A DNA stretch of 64,000 nucleotides, from contig CAUJCU010000015.1 in the NCBI GenBank assembly GCA_963169745.1, positions 146,005 to 210,004 on the forward strand, in the 5' to 3' direction. This stretch comes from Bacteroidota bacterium. GTDB taxonomy: Bacteria > Bacteroidota > Bacteroidia > UBA4408. Made by a program: the position numbers and the translations under genes. Each line of letters opens with the position of its first letter. Position 1 is the first letter of the stretch. Positions 9,714 through 20,326 of this stretch are shown here, one piece after another. The notes beneath the pieces are model-generated. The model was given only the letters and a program-made list of their open reading frames with translations. It was not told the origin of the DNA and did no database searches.

Positions 9714-10802
9714 ATGACTCGTAAAAGAAAATCAAGTAAAGAAACTTCGAAAAAGAAAAGCTCAGGTTTTTTCAGAAAAGTACTCATATCTTTATTCTTT
9801 ATTCTTATAATAATTGGAGGCGGAACCGTATATTTTACATACACTGCAGTTTATAAGCCCAATATTAAATTACAGGGAAAAGAAAATACATTTTTATACA
9901 TTAATACAGGGAGTACTTTTAATGAAGTTTTAAAAACCTTGGTTGACAGTCAAATTATAAATAATCAAAGTTCATTTAAATGGGTGGCCGAGCATAAGGG
10001 ATATATAAATAAAGTAAAGCCCGGAAGATATAAAATAAAGAAAGGAATGAGCAACAACGAACTCGTTAATCTGTTACGCAGTGGAGTTCAAGAGCCGGTT
10101 AAACTTATTTTTAATGAAGCTCGAACTAAAAATGATTTTACCGAAATTATTTCAAAACAAATTGAGGCAGAAAAAATAAGTATTGAAAAATTACTTGAAG
10201 ATAATGACTTTTTAAATCAATATCAGGTAAACAACAAAAATGTTTTGACTTTATTTATCCCCAATACCTATGATTTTTTTTGGAACACCAATGCCCAACA
10301 ATTTATAGAGCGAATGGCAGAAGAAAACAATAAATTTTGGACTAAAGAAAGATTAAAGAAAGCTGCCCGATTAAATTTATCAAAAACAGAGGTAAGTATA
10401 TTGGCAAGTATTGTACAGCAAGAGAGCAAGGTGGTTGATGAACAACCTGTAGTTGCCGGAGTTTATCTGAATAGACTTAAAAAAAAGATGTTGCTACAAG
10501 CTGATCCAACTGTGATTTTTGCAGTTGGTGATTTTTCAATCAGAAGAGTACTGAATACACATTTGAATTATGATTCTCCATACAATACCTATAAATATTT
10601 GGGCTTACCACCCGGCCCAATATGTATGCCTTACTCAAACACTATTGATGCGGTATTGAACAGTAAACCCCACAACTATCTTTATTTTTGTGCAAAAGCA
10701 GATTTTAGTGGACGACACAGTTTTGCCAGCACATTGGCACAACACAATAGAAATGCCGAAGCATTTAGAAAGGCCTTAAACAATAAAAAAATTTTTAAAT
10801 AA
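9714..10802 (+). CDS. mltG: endolytic murein transglycosylase MltG (YceG family)
   Basis: N-terminal basic tail plus a single TM anchor. YceG-like domain (…PGRYKIKKGMSNNELVNLL…, …LQADPTVIFA…, YNTYKYLGLPPGPICMP); 362 aa. Confidence 0.85.
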   Translation: MTRKRKSSKETSKKKSSGFFRKVLISLFFILIIIGGGTVYFTYTAVYKPNIKLQGKENTFLYINTGSTFNEVLKTLVDSQIINNQSSFKWVAEHKGYINKVKPGRYKIKKGMSNNELVNLLRSGVQEPVKLIFNEARTKNDFTEIISKQIEAEKISIEKLLEDNDFLNQYQVNNKNVLTLFIPNTYDFFWNTNAQQFIERMAEENNKFWTKERLKKAARLNLSKTEVSILASIVQQESKVVDEQPVVAGVYLNRLKKKMLLQADPTVIFAVGDFSIRRVLNTHLNYDSPYNTYKYLGLPPGPICMPYSNTIDAVLNSKPHNYLYFCAKADFSGRHSFASTLAQHNRNAEAFRKALNNKKIFK

Positions 10803-10845
10803 GTACCCTTAATAATAAGGGGGCTAGTATGCAAACTATGCAATC

Positions 10846-11115
10846 TTGTTATCAAAAAAAATGTTTCCGGTATATCTAAAATATAAAGGCCACTTAACCT
10901 ATTTTAAAATTGAATCTTACCATCAATTTTTGGAGCTAAAAATCTTAGGGCAGTACTTTTGCCTTACCCTGAATACCGCAAAAATATTACCCGACCGTGT
11001 TTTTATTGCCGACCTTCTCGAAGATCAGGGTAAACATGTAGAACGAATTACCCAGTCCGAGTTTGAGGAAATTTTGAAGACCTGTTATCAGACTCGAACA
11101 GAAACTTCTTTTTAA
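10846..11115 (+). CDS. hypothetical small protein (89 aa), function unknown
   Basis: Only an ORF in the 400-bp gap between mltG and cphA, on the same strand. No recognisable motifs. Confidence 0.3.
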   Translation: MLSKKMFPVYLKYKGHLTYFKIESYHQFLELKILGQYFCLTLNTAKILPDRVFIADLLEDQGKHVERITQSEFEEILKTCYQTRTETSF

Positions 11116-11207
11116 GCAGTAATGTACACTTTTTAGAGGTTTTTAATAAAAGTAATTTTTTTTTTATATTGCACCTGATAAGAGTAAAAACGAACTAATT
11201 TTTCCCT

Positions 11208-13859
11208 ATGAACATTATTGATATAAAGGCCATGCGTGGCCCCAATTACTGGAGTATCAGACGACATAAGCTAATTGTTATGAAAATTGATTTGGAAGAA
11301 ATGGAAGAATTTCCTTCCAATAAAATCGATGGCTTTGCCGACCGGTTAGAAAAAATGTTCCCAAGTATGTATGAACACGAATGCAGTGAAAATAAGCCGG
11401 GAGGCTTTTTTTCTCGTGTACGGGAGGGCACCTGGATGGGGCATGTGATTGAACATATAGCTCTTGAAATTCAAACCTTAGCAGGAATGGATACCGGCTT
11501 TGGCCGAACCCGAACAACAGGCGAACATGGGGTGTATAATGTCGTTTTTAGCTATCAGGAAGAAAAAGTAGGAATATATGCTGCAAAGGCTGCTGTGCGT
11601 ATTTGTGAGGCCCTTGCAAAAGACACACCTTATGATTTAGGAGAGGATATTCAAAAAATGCGAGAAATACGTGAAGATGAAAGACTGGGGCCAAGTACAG
11701 GTTCAATTGTAGAGGAAGCTCAGGCACGTGGTATTCCATGGATACGTTTAAACCGTTATAGCCTGGTGCAGTTGGGATATGGCGTTAACCAAAAAAGAAT
11801 ACAAGCTACTGTAACGAGCAACACCAGTAATATTGCAGTTGAAATTGCTTGCGACAAAGAAGAAACTAAAAATTTGCTTGAAGCAGCTTCAATCCCAGTC
11901 CCACGTGGCACCATAATCTATGATGAAGAGGACATGGAACGTGCCGTAAGAAGAATAGGTTACCCTTTAGTGTTTAAACCGGTTAATGGAAATCATGGAA
12001 GAGGTGCTACCATAAATATTCAAAATTGGGATGCGGCTGTTGAAGCTTTGACTCTAGCAAAAAAAGTAAGCCGAGGCGTGATTTGTGAAAAGTTTATCAC
12101 CGGTTTTGACTTTCGTCTTTTAGTAATTAATTATCAGTTAATAGCTGCTGCCAAAAGAACTCCAGCTTGTGTAACAGGAAATGGCAAATCAACTATAAAG
12201 CAGCTTGTTGAGGAGGTAAATAATGACCCCCGCAGAGGTTATGGACACGAAAAAGTACTTACGGCTATTAAGCTAGATGAAATGACATTAAATATTTTGA
12301 AGGATAAAAATCTCAGTATTGATGATGTATTGCCTGATGGTGAAGTGCTTTACTTAAAAAAAACAGCAAACTTAAGTACTGGAGGAACCAGCACAGATGT
12401 TACTGATTTGGTGCACCCTGATAACGTTTTTATGGCCGAAAGAATTGCTCGCATTATTGGTCTTGATATTTGTGGTATTGATATTATGGCCTCCGATTTG
12501 AGTACTCCAATTAGTCAAAATGGTGGAGCTGTTCTGGAAGTGAATGCCGCCCCGGGTTTTAGAATGCATATTGCTCCTGCCGAGGGCTTGCCACGAAATG
12601 TAGCCGAACCAGTCATTGATATGCTATATCCGCCCGGCAGCTCAGCTCGTATTCCAATAATTGCCGTAACAGGAACCAATGGAAAAACAACTACAACCCG
12701 ACTTATGGCTCACATTGTGAAAACAATGGGGCATAAGGTTGGATTTACCACAACAGATGGTATTTATGTGCAAAATCGTATGTTGGAACAAGGAGATTGT
12801 ACGGGGCCGGTTAGTGCCGAGTTTATTTTAAAAGATCCAACGGTTGATTATGCCGTATTGGAATGTGCCCGTGGAGGAATTTTAAGAGCCGGCTTAGGCT
12901 TTCATAAATGCGACATAGCTATTGTAACAAACGTAGCAGCCGACCACTTAGGATTAAAAGATATTAATACTTTAGAAGACATGGCTCGTGTAAAGGGCGT
13001 TGTGCCTGAAAGTGTTATGCCCGAAGGTTATGCCATATTAAATGCAGACGATGATTTGGTGTATAATATGCGTAAAGGCTTAGAGTGTAATGTGGCCTTA
13101 TTCAGCTTAAACGAAAATAATCCACGTATAGTTGAACACTGTAATAAAGGCGGATTAGCAGCTATTGTTGAAAACGGCTATGTTACAATATGCAAAGGCA
13201 CCTGGCGCATTCGTGTGGATAAAGTTGTAAATATTCCACTCACGTTTAGCGGTAAAGCAATCTTTATGATTCAGAATGTTTTACCTGCCATACTTGCCGG
13301 GTTTATTAGAAATTTTAAGACAGAAGATATCAGATTGGCTTTGGGCACTTTTATTCCTTCGCCAACGCAAACTCCAGGACGTATGAACTTATTTCACTTT
13401 AAAAACTTTCAAGTTATGGTGGATTACGCCCATAATACAGCCGGATTCCAGGCCATTGGTAAGTTTTTAGAAAAAATTGAGGCGAAACCTAAAATTGGGA
13501 TTATTGCCGGTGTAGGCGATAGAAGAGATGAAGATATTTACAATTTGGGGAAACAAGCAGCCCAGATGTTTGATAAAATAATCATCAGACAAGATAAAAA
13601 TTTAAGAGGCCGAACAGAGCAGGAGATTATAGATTTAATGAAGAAAGGAATTAATGAAGTAGATGCATTACGATTAGAAAAAATAATTCCAACAGAAAAA
13701 GAAGCCATTGAGTATGCTATTAAAAATGCCCAAAAGGGTTCTTTTATTACAATTTGCAGCGATGTTGTACCTGACGCCTTAGATCAAATTATGAAATACA
13801 AAGAACGAGAAGATAAGTTTGAAATAACTGTTGAAGATATTCAGGACTTACATAAATAA
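11208..13859 (+). CDS. cphA: cyanophycin synthetase CphA1 (N domain + ATP-grasp + Mur-ligase-like domain)
   Basis: N-terminus MNIIDIKAMRGPNYWSIRRHKLIVMKIDLEE matches the conserved CphA N-domain start. An ATP-grasp region (GYPLVFKPVNGNHGRGATINI) follows. A Mur-ligase P-loop (IIAVTGTNGKTTTTRLMAHI) follows and the C-terminal region is Mur-ligase-like. The 883-aa length is typical of CphA1, not the shorter CphA2. Confidence 0.9.
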   Translation: MNIIDIKAMRGPNYWSIRRHKLIVMKIDLEEMEEFPSNKIDGFADRLEKMFPSMYEHECSENKPGGFFSRVREGTWMGHVIEHIALEIQTLAGMDTGFGRTRTTGEHGVYNVVFSYQEEKVGIYAAKAAVRICEALAKDTPYDLGEDIQKMREIREDERLGPSTGSIVEEAQARGIPWIRLNRYSLVQLGYGVNQKRIQATVTSNTSNIAVEIACDKEETKNLLEAASIPVPRGTIIYDEEDMERAVRRIGYPLVFKPVNGNHGRGATINIQNWDAAVEALTLAKKVSRGVICEKFITGFDFRLLVINYQLIAAAKRTPACVTGNGKSTIKQLVEEVNNDPRRGYGHEKVLTAIKLDEMTLNILKDKNLSIDDVLPDGEVLYLKKTANLSTGGTSTDVTDLVHPDNVFMAERIARIIGLDICGIDIMASDLSTPISQNGGAVLEVNAAPGFRMHIAPAEGLPRNVAEPVIDMLYPPGSSARIPIIAVTGTNGKTTTTRLMAHIVKTMGHKVGFTTTDGIYVQNRMLEQGDCTGPVSAEFILKDPTVDYAVLECARGGILRAGLGFHKCDIAIVTNVAADHLGLKDINTLEDMARVKGVVPESVMPEGYAILNADDDLVYNMRKGLECNVALFSLNENNPRIVEHCNKGGLAAIVENGYVTICKGTWRIRVDKVVNIPLTFSGKAIFMIQNVLPAILAGFIRNFKTEDIRLALGTFIPSPTQTPGRMNLFHFKNFQVMVDYAHNTAGFQAIGKFLEKIEAKPKIGIIAGVGDRRDEDIYNLGKQAAQMFDKIIIRQDKNLRGRTEQEIIDLMKKGINEVDALRLEKIIPTEKEAIEYAIKNAQKGSFITICSDVVPDALDQIMKYKEREDKFEITVEDIQDLHK

Positions 13860-13988
13860 TATCCCTTTTTCATAAAGTTCTAATTTCCAATTCTCAACTT
13901 GCTGCATCATGATGATTTTAAGAAAAATAGTGTTTTGTTAAAACAGGGTAGAACGTAAAAAGCGTTTTATTGCTTAAAAAAAGTACCT

Positions 13989-15590
13989 TTGCAGGCTTAT
14001 TTTTTTAAAATGACCACGCTACAAGAGATAGAGAGAAGAAGAACTTTTGGGATTATTAGCCATCCGGATGCCGGAAAAACAACCCTTACCGAAAAGTTGC
14101 TGCTTTTTGGAGGTGCTATTCAAACCGCAGGAGCGGTAAAAAGTAATAAAATTAAAAAACACGCTACTTCCGACTTTATGGAAATAGAAAAGCAGCGGGG
14201 AATATCTGTTGCTACCTCGGTGATGGGTTTTGAGTATAAAAACAAAAAAATTAATTTATTGGATACTCCCGGTCACGAAGATTTTGCAGAGGATACTTAC
14301 CGTACTTTAACCGCTGTTGATAGCGTCATTATGGTTATAGACTGTGTTAAAGGGGTTGAGCCACAAACACGAAAGCTATTGGAAGTTTGTCGTATGAGGA
14401 ATACGCCTGTTATTGTTTTCATTAACAAGCTTGATCGTGAAGGACGTGATCCATTCGATTTGTTGGATGAAATTGAAAAAGAACTCAAAATAAAAGTTCG
14501 TCCGCTTAGTTGGCCCATTGGTATGGGAAAGCAGTTTAAAGGAGTGTACAGTTTATACGAGAAAAGTTTAATATTATTTGATGCAGGAAATAAACAAAAA
14601 CCCGAATCGTCACTTAAAATTGACGATGTAAATGCACCTGAAATTGAAACTAACATTGGAGCTCGTTTTGCAGAAAAACTACGTGAAGAAGTTGAAATTA
14701 TTGAATCTGTATATCCTCAATTTAATCCTGCAGAATACCTGAAGGGAAATATATCGCCAGTCTTTTTTGGTAGTGCCGTAAATAATTTTGGAGTTCGTGA
14801 GTTGTTGGATTGTTTTGTTGACATAGCACCGGTTCCTCAAAGCCGTGAAACAGAACAAAGAGAAGTACAACCAACGGATAAAGATTTTTCAGGTTTTGTT
14901 TTTAAAATACATGCCAATATTGATCCCAAACATCGTGACAGAATAGCTTTTTTACGCATCTGTTCAGGAGTGTTTGAACGAAATAAAAACTACTTTCATG
15001 TACGTGAAAACCGACAATTGAAATTCAGTAACCCTACTGCATTTATGGCTGCTGAAAAAAATGTAATAGATGAAGCCTTCCCGGGCGATATAATAGGACT
15101 ATACGATACTGGCGTGTTTAAAATTGGAGATACGCTTACCGAAGGCTCTAAGGAGTCTTTTAAAGGCATACCCAGTTTTTCTCCCGAAATATTTAGGTAT
15201 GTAAATAATACTGATCCTATGAAGACCAAACAACTAAACAAAGGGTTGGAACAACTTACTGATGAAGGTGTGGCACAGTTGTTTACAAAAACACTGAATA
15301 ACCGAAAAATATTAGGAACCGTAGGTGCCCTTCAGTTTGAAGTTATTCAACATCGTTTAAAAAGTGAATATGGTGCCAGTTGTACTTTTGAAAATATTAA
15401 TTTGTATAAAGCTTGTTGGATAAGCAGCATAGATAAAAACAAATTGAAAAGTTTTATTCAAGAGAAATCGCACCACATGGCTATTGACAAAGATAATAAA
15501 CCTGTATTCTTAGCAGAATCGGCTTGGTCTTTACAAATGGCTCAGGAAAAAAATCCTGAAATAGCGTTTCATTTCAAGTCTGAATTTTAA
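13989..15590 (+). CDS. prfC: peptide chain release factor 3 (RF3)
   Basis: Translational GTPase G1 motif [38 protein letters not shown]; 533 aa. Confidence 0.9.
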   Translation: MQAYFFKMTTLQEIERRRTFGIISHPDAGKTTLTEKLLLFGGAIQTAGAVKSNKIKKHATSDFMEIEKQRGISVATSVMGFEYKNKKINLLDTPGHEDFAEDTYRTLTAVDSVIMVIDCVKGVEPQTRKLLEVCRMRNTPVIVFINKLDREGRDPFDLLDEIEKELKIKVRPLSWPIGMGKQFKGVYSLYEKSLILFDAGNKQKPESSLKIDDVNAPEIETNIGARFAEKLREEVEIIESVYPQFNPAEYLKGNISPVFFGSAVNNFGVRELLDCFVDIAPVPQSRETEQREVQPTDKDFSGFVFKIHANIDPKHRDRIAFLRICSGVFERNKNYFHVRENRQLKFSNPTAFMAAEKNVIDEAFPGDIIGLYDTGVFKIGDTLTEGSKESFKGIPSFSPEIFRYVNNTDPMKTKQLNKGLEQLTDEGVAQLFTKTLNNRKILGTVGALQFEVIQHRLKSEYGASCTFENINLYKACWISSIDKNKLKSFIQEKSHHMAIDKDNKPVFLAESAWSLQMAQEKNPEIAFHFKSEF

Positions 15591-15621
15591 TATTCATTTT
15601 TCATTCTATTAATCAGCAAGT

Positions 15622-16803
15622 ATGTATCCTAAAGTTATTCTGAGTTCCGGAAAAGACCAGTCAGTTCGGAGGTTTCATCCCTGGATATTTTCAGGAGCAA
15701 TAAAAAAAATAAAAGGTGAAGTAGCCGAAGGAATGATTGTTCAGGTAGTGAGCAATCATGATGAACCTCTAGGCATTGGGCACTATTCAAACGGCAGTAT
15801 TGCGGTTCGTATTTTTAGTTTTGAGAATACTGAAATAAATCAAGATTTTTGGACACAGAAAATAAAAAAAGCCTATGACTTCAGAAATAACATGGGTTTA
15901 ATCAATAATCCAAATACCACTGTTTATCGTTTGGTTCATGCCGAAGGTGACGGATTACCCGGTCTGATTATTGATGTGTATGATGATACGGCTGTAATAC
16001 AGACTCACAGTACGGGTATGCATTTAATAAAGCAAAGTATTACTGAAGCTCTAAAAGAGGTTTATGCATTTCGGTTAAAAGCCATATATGATAAAAGTGC
16101 AGAAACAATGCCGGCTATTTCCGGCTTAGAAATAAGGAACCAATTGTTGTGGGGTAACCCCGAATCAACATACGTTATTGAGCATGGCTTAAAATTTCGC
16201 ATTGATTGGGAGCAAGGACAAAAAACTGGTTTTTTTATTGATCAGCGCAAGAATAGAAAATTACTCCAAAAATACTGTTTCGGAAAAAAAGTACTGAATA
16301 CATTCTGCTATAGTGGTGGTTTTTCTGTTTATGCTTTAGCCGCACAAGCCGCATTAGTTCATTCTGTTGATAGTTCCAAAAAGGCTATTGCTCTTACTGA
16401 TGCTAATGTAGCTTTAAATTTTCCGGAGGCAAATCACCATCAATCATTTGCACAGGATACTTTTTCTTTTTTAGAACAAAGTCAAGAAAAATACGATGTA
16501 ATTATATTAGACCCTCCGGCATTTGCCAAGCATCATCATGTAAAACACAATGCTGTTCAAGGTTATAAAAGATTAAATGCTGAAGCCATACGCAGAGTTA
16601 ATACGGGTGGAGTTATTTTTACTTTTTCATGCTCGCAAGCAGTAGATAAATATTTATTTCAAAATACTGTAATGTCCGCTGCTATTCAAGCTGGGCGCGA
16701 AGTTCGTATATTAGAATATATGTCACAACCGGTGGATCATGCACCAAGTATTTTCCATACCGAAGGAGAATATCTAAAGGGAATAGTGCTAAAAGTTTAT
16801 TAG
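15622..16803 (+). CDS. class I SAM-dependent 23S rRNA (cytosine-C5) methyltransferase, RlmI/RlmK-like, with N-terminal PUA-like domain
   Basis: N-terminal MYPKVILSSGKDQSVRRFHPWIFSGAI is the RlmI family start. The central/C-terminal region is a Rossmann MTase (VLNTFCYSGGFSV, IILDPPAF). Confidence 0.8.
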   Translation: MYPKVILSSGKDQSVRRFHPWIFSGAIKKIKGEVAEGMIVQVVSNHDEPLGIGHYSNGSIAVRIFSFENTEINQDFWTQKIKKAYDFRNNMGLINNPNTTVYRLVHAEGDGLPGLIIDVYDDTAVIQTHSTGMHLIKQSITEALKEVYAFRLKAIYDKSAETMPAISGLEIRNQLLWGNPESTYVIEHGLKFRIDWEQGQKTGFFIDQRKNRKLLQKYCFGKKVLNTFCYSGGFSVYALAAQAALVHSVDSSKKAIALTDANVALNFPEANHHQSFAQDTFSFLEQSQEKYDVIILDPPAFAKHHHVKHNAVQGYKRLNAEAIRRVNTGGVIFTFSCSQAVDKYLFQNTVMSAAIQAGREVRILEYMSQPVDHAPSIFHTEGEYLKGIVLKVY

Positions 16804-16819
16804 GCAAAATTTTCTTTCT

Positions 16820-18154
16820 ATGTTTAGAAACAAAACCTATCGATACATTTGGGCGGTATCTTATCCTATTATCATAGGAGGCATTGGGCAAACCATTATT
16901 AATGTAACCGATTCTGCCTTTTTAGGCCGAATTAGTGAAGTGGCTTTAGGAGCAAGTGCTATTGCAGGTTTGTTTTACGTTACATTTAGTATGTTGGGTT
17001 ATGGATTTGGAGTTGGCATTCAAATTATTATTGCCCGTCTCAATGGTGAGAAAAAATATCATGAAATGGGGAACGTTCTAGACCACTCACTTTACTTTTT
17101 AATGAGTTTATCCGTTCTTTTATTTTGTATTCTGTATTGGGGAGGCCCTTATTTATTACAACATTTTGTACAATCAAAACCTATTCTTGATGCAAGTGTT
17201 AGTTTTATTAAAATAAGAAGTTTTGCAATTTTCTTTTCCTTTCTGGTATTTGTTATTAGAGGTTTTTTTGTGGGTATAGCACAAACTAAAATAGTTATGT
17301 ACACTACTGCTTTAGTAGCAGTTCTAAATATTTTATTCAATTATATTTTTGTATTTGGGCATTGGGGTTTTCCTCGTATGGAGATAGCTGGGTCAGCCTG
17401 GGCTAGTACTTTAGCTGAATTTATTGCCGCAATTTATGCTATTGCTTACACTTTTAAAAAAGTAGATATAAAGAAGTACCGCTTATTTACCTTTCACACT
17501 TTTCGGTACAGCTATTTAAAAGATGTGCTGTACACTGCTGCACCCGTTATGTTGCAAATGTTTATTTCTTTAACCTCATGGTTTATTTTTTTTATGATTG
17601 TTGAGAAAATGGGAGAACGCCCTTTAGCAATAAGCAACATTATTCGTAATGCCTATATGATTTTAATGATTCCGATGGTAGGTTTTAGCTCTGCTACAAA
17701 CACTCTTGTAAGTACGCTAATAGGGGAGCGAAAGCCCGAAAAGGTATTTGATATGATCAAAAAGGTTTGTTTCCTTAGCTTTAGTATCACACTCGTTTAT
17801 ATGCTAATACTGAATATTTCACCCGAAATAATGTTGCGTATTTTTACCGGTGACAACGAGTTAATTAAAGCCACTATTCCATCGCTGCGTGTTATTGATG
17901 GCTCGCTTTTGTTATTCTCTGTTTCGGCTGTGTTACTTAGTGCAGTTTCTGGATCTGGAAACACCCTAGTGTCATTGATTATTGAAATAATAACTATTTT
18001 GTTTTACTTATTTGCAACCTATTTGGTGGCCGTAAATTTACAATTATCAATAGCTTGGGTGTGGAGTGTAGAATATGTTTACTTTATATTTATGGCAACC
18101 GTGTCTTTGTTCTATTTAAAGCATTTAGCCAAACAAAATTGGTCTATAAAATAG
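16820..18154 (+). CDS. MATE family efflux transporter
   Basis: 444 aa, ~12 predicted TM helices, internal two-fold repeat. MATE-like start (YRYIWAVSYPIIIGGIGQTIINVTDSAFLGR). Confidence 0.8.
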   Translation: MFRNKTYRYIWAVSYPIIIGGIGQTIINVTDSAFLGRISEVALGASAIAGLFYVTFSMLGYGFGVGIQIIIARLNGEKKYHEMGNVLDHSLYFLMSLSVLLFCILYWGGPYLLQHFVQSKPILDASVSFIKIRSFAIFFSFLVFVIRGFFVGIAQTKIVMYTTALVAVLNILFNYIFVFGHWGFPRMEIAGSAWASTLAEFIAAIYAIAYTFKKVDIKKYRLFTFHTFRYSYLKDVLYTAAPVMLQMFISLTSWFIFFMIVEKMGERPLAISNIIRNAYMILMIPMVGFSSATNTLVSTLIGERKPEKVFDMIKKVCFLSFSITLVYMLILNISPEIMLRIFTGDNELIKATIPSLRVIDGSLLLFSVSAVLLSAVSGSGNTLVSLIIEIITILFYLFATYLVAVNLQLSIAWVWSVEYVYFIFMATVSLFYLKHLAKQNWSIK

Positions 18155-18195
18155 GAGTGCCCTTCGGTTTTTATTATATGCTTTCTATTTATTTT

Positions 18196-18750
18196 CTACT
18201 TACGAGCTCGCCAAGGAATTTCAGGAACTTGAAGTATGAAACCGGTATAGCGTGCCAACATAAATAAATAGTCGCTTAACCTATTTATATATTTAATAAT
18301 TAACTCGTTTACGTATTCGTTCTCGGCCAAATGTATTATGTTCCTTTCAGCTCTACGACACACACAGCGTGCTAAATGGCAATAACCTACAAGAGTGTGC
18401 CCTCCGGGTAAAATAAAAAAACGCATTTCAGGAAGCTGCTCGTTCATCACGTCTATTTGCTTTTCAAGAAGCTCAATATCACTTTCATGTAAATCAGGAA
18501 TTTTCATTTTACTCTTTTCAGGATCTGAGGCTAAGTTTGACCCAATGGTAAACAATCGATCTTGAATTTCACTTAGCGTATTTCTCGTATCTTCGGGGAG
18601 CTCAGCTACTTTTAACATGCCTACCCAAGAATTCAACTCATCAATGGTGCCATAGGCTTCAATACGTATGTGAAATTTAGGAACACGGGTGCCACCTATC
18701 AATGATGTTTGACCTTTATCACCGGTTTTGGTATAAATTTTCATAGTCAT
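18196..18750 (-). CDS. ATP:cob(I)alamin adenosyltransferase, PduO type
   Basis: MKIYTKTGDKGQTSLIGGTRVPKFHIRIEAYGTIDELNSWVG is the canonical PduO/MMAB N-terminus; 184 aa. Confidence 0.85.
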   Translation of the reverse strand: MTMKIYTKTGDKGQTSLIGGTRVPKFHIRIEAYGTIDELNSWVGMLKVAELPEDTRNTLSEIQDRLFTIGSNLASDPEKSKMKIPDLHESDIELLEKQIDVMNEQLPEMRFFILPGGHTLVGYCHLARCVCRRAERNIIHLAENEYVNELIIKYINRLSDYLFMLARYTGFILQVPEIPWRARK

Positions 18751-18784
18751 AATTTTGGCATTAAAGTTAATAAATAAAAAGTGT

Positions 18785-19495
18785 TTAATTCTCTCGAATG
18801 GGCTGGTTTTTAAAAGGACCGAAATGATAAGTAAAGCCTAATCCAAATGTGATAAATTGATTGAATTTTTCAATATCATCTTTTACTACATTCTTGTTTA
18901 TTATGTTAAAATTATAGGTAAAGGGGTCGAAACTATATTGTTGATAATGATAGCTGATTTGAAGGCTAAAAGATAAATTTTCATCGGTAAAAAAACTCAA
19001 ATAGGTATTTAGTGCATATTCATTAAACTGCTGATTAAGGCTTGGTTTCTGTGTTACAGTATCGGGAAGCATACTTTTACTAAATCGGCCAAATGATTTA
19101 TGGTATGCAAACTCAAGGCCTATATTAAAAGGGCTTCCATCAAAATATTGATACCCTACAAAAATATTAGGCGACAGGATATGGTGCTTAACCTCTAGTG
19201 ACCCAATGTTAAAATTTCGACTATTTGCTGTTTTGTTTTGCTGGTAATAAAATCCTGATCCTGCAAATAATCCTTTCTTACTATAAAAAACAAAGGAAGG
19301 GTTGATGGCAATTACACCACTAAAGGTTTTCTTATAGGCTGCACTACCTTGCAGTGTTGGTATCGAAAAATTAGACTTAATACTATATTTATAAATAGGT
19401 ATTTGAGCCTGAATACACGGGGTAATGAACAACAATAACAGAAAAAAAGATACTCTTTTTTTGCTATTCTTTTCTGCTGTCATTATTAGGTACAC
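18785..19495 (-). CDS. small outer-membrane beta-barrel protein (porin-family/PorT-like), hypothetical
   Basis: Signal peptide (LLLLFITPCIQAQ). Alternating aromatic/hydrophilic beta-strand pattern. C-terminal aromatic-rich end, 236 aa. Confidence 0.5.
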   Translation of the reverse strand: MYLIMTAEKNSKKRVSFFLLLLFITPCIQAQIPIYKYSIKSNFSIPTLQGSAAYKKTFSGVIAINPSFVFYSKKGLFAGSGFYYQQNKTANSRNFNIGSLEVKHHILSPNIFVGYQYFDGSPFNIGLEFAYHKSFGRFSKSMLPDTVTQKPSLNQQFNEYALNTYLSFFTDENLSFSLQISYHYQQYSFDPFTYNFNIINKNVVKDDIEKFNQFITFGLGFTYHFGPFKNQPIREN

Positions 19496-19504
19496 ATTGT
19501 AAAT

Positions 19505-20326
19505 CTATTGATTAGCTTTATTAAAATCTTCAATCATTGCCGTTGTAATTCCGGTACTGGAATAGCCTCCATCATGATATAGATTTTGCATAGTTACCAT
19601 ACGTGTAAGGTCACTGAAAAGGGTTATACAGAAATTGGCGCAGTCTTCGGCACTGGCATTTCCTAATGGCGATTGTTTACCGGCAAAGTTATAAAATGAA
19701 TCAAAACCTTTAATTCCTGAACCGGCAGATGTTTTGGTAGGCGATTGAGAAACCGAGTTAATACGTGTTTTGTTTTTTAAACCATAATGATAACCAAAGT
19801 TGCGGCAAATGGATTCTAACATTGCTTTAATATCAGACATATCTGTATAAAAAGGATATACTCTTTGAGCAGCAATATAAGTAAGAGCTACAACAGAACC
19901 GTAATCGTTTATTGCATCCATTTTATAGGCAACACTTAGCAATTTATGTAATGATAGAGCACTTACATCTATACCTTTGGCAAAATATTCATAATTGGAC
20001 TCCGTATAGGGAACCTTTTTACGAATATTTACAGACATTCCAATAGAATGCAATACAAAATCAATTTTACCTCCCAAAATGTCCATAGATTGGGTGTATA
20101 AATTTTCTAAATCATCAGTTGAGGTTGCATCAGCAGGTATAATCTTGGCCTGACATTGCTCGGCAAGTTTATTTATTTCTCCCATTCTCATAGCAATAGG
20201 AGCGTTAGTTAAAGTAAAAGTAGCTCCTTGCTCATAAGCTTTTTCTGCCACTTTCCAAGCTATAGAGTTACTGTCTAATGCTCCTGTAATAATTCCTCTT
20301 TTCCCTTTTAGTAAATTGTTGCTCAT
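19505..20326 (-). CDS. fabI: enoyl-[acyl-carrier-protein] reductase (NADH), FabI
   Basis: SDR fold with FabI-type N-terminus (LKGKRGIITGALDSNSIAWKVAEKAYEQGA) and internal SIGMS..., YxxxxxxK region; 273 aa. Confidence 0.8.
   Translation of the reverse strand: MSNNLLKGKRGIITGALDSNSIAWKVAEKAYEQGATFTLTNAPIAMRMGEINKLAEQCQAKIIPADATSTDDLENLYTQSMDILGGKIDFVLHSIGMSVNIRKKVPYTESNYEYFAKGIDVSALSLHKLLSVAYKMDAINDYGSVVALTYIAAQRVYPFYTDMSDIKAMLESICRNFGYHYGLKNKTRINSVSQSPTKTSAGSGIKGFDSFYNFAGKQSPLGNASAEDCANFCITLFSDLTRMVTMQNLYHDGGYSSTGITTAMIEDFNKANQ

Noticed and set aside
10806-10821. CCCTTA-ataa-TAAGGG hairpin just after mltG as a terminator
   Set aside because: The stem is only 6 bp and not followed by a T-tract on the plus strand, which is insufficient for a confident intrinsic terminator call.
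18055-18267. 70-aa plus-strand ORF overlapping the MATE gene 3' end and the convergent PduO gene
   Set aside because: It overlaps two well-supported genes on both sides and has no motifs. It is most likely a chance ORF spanning a convergent terminator region.
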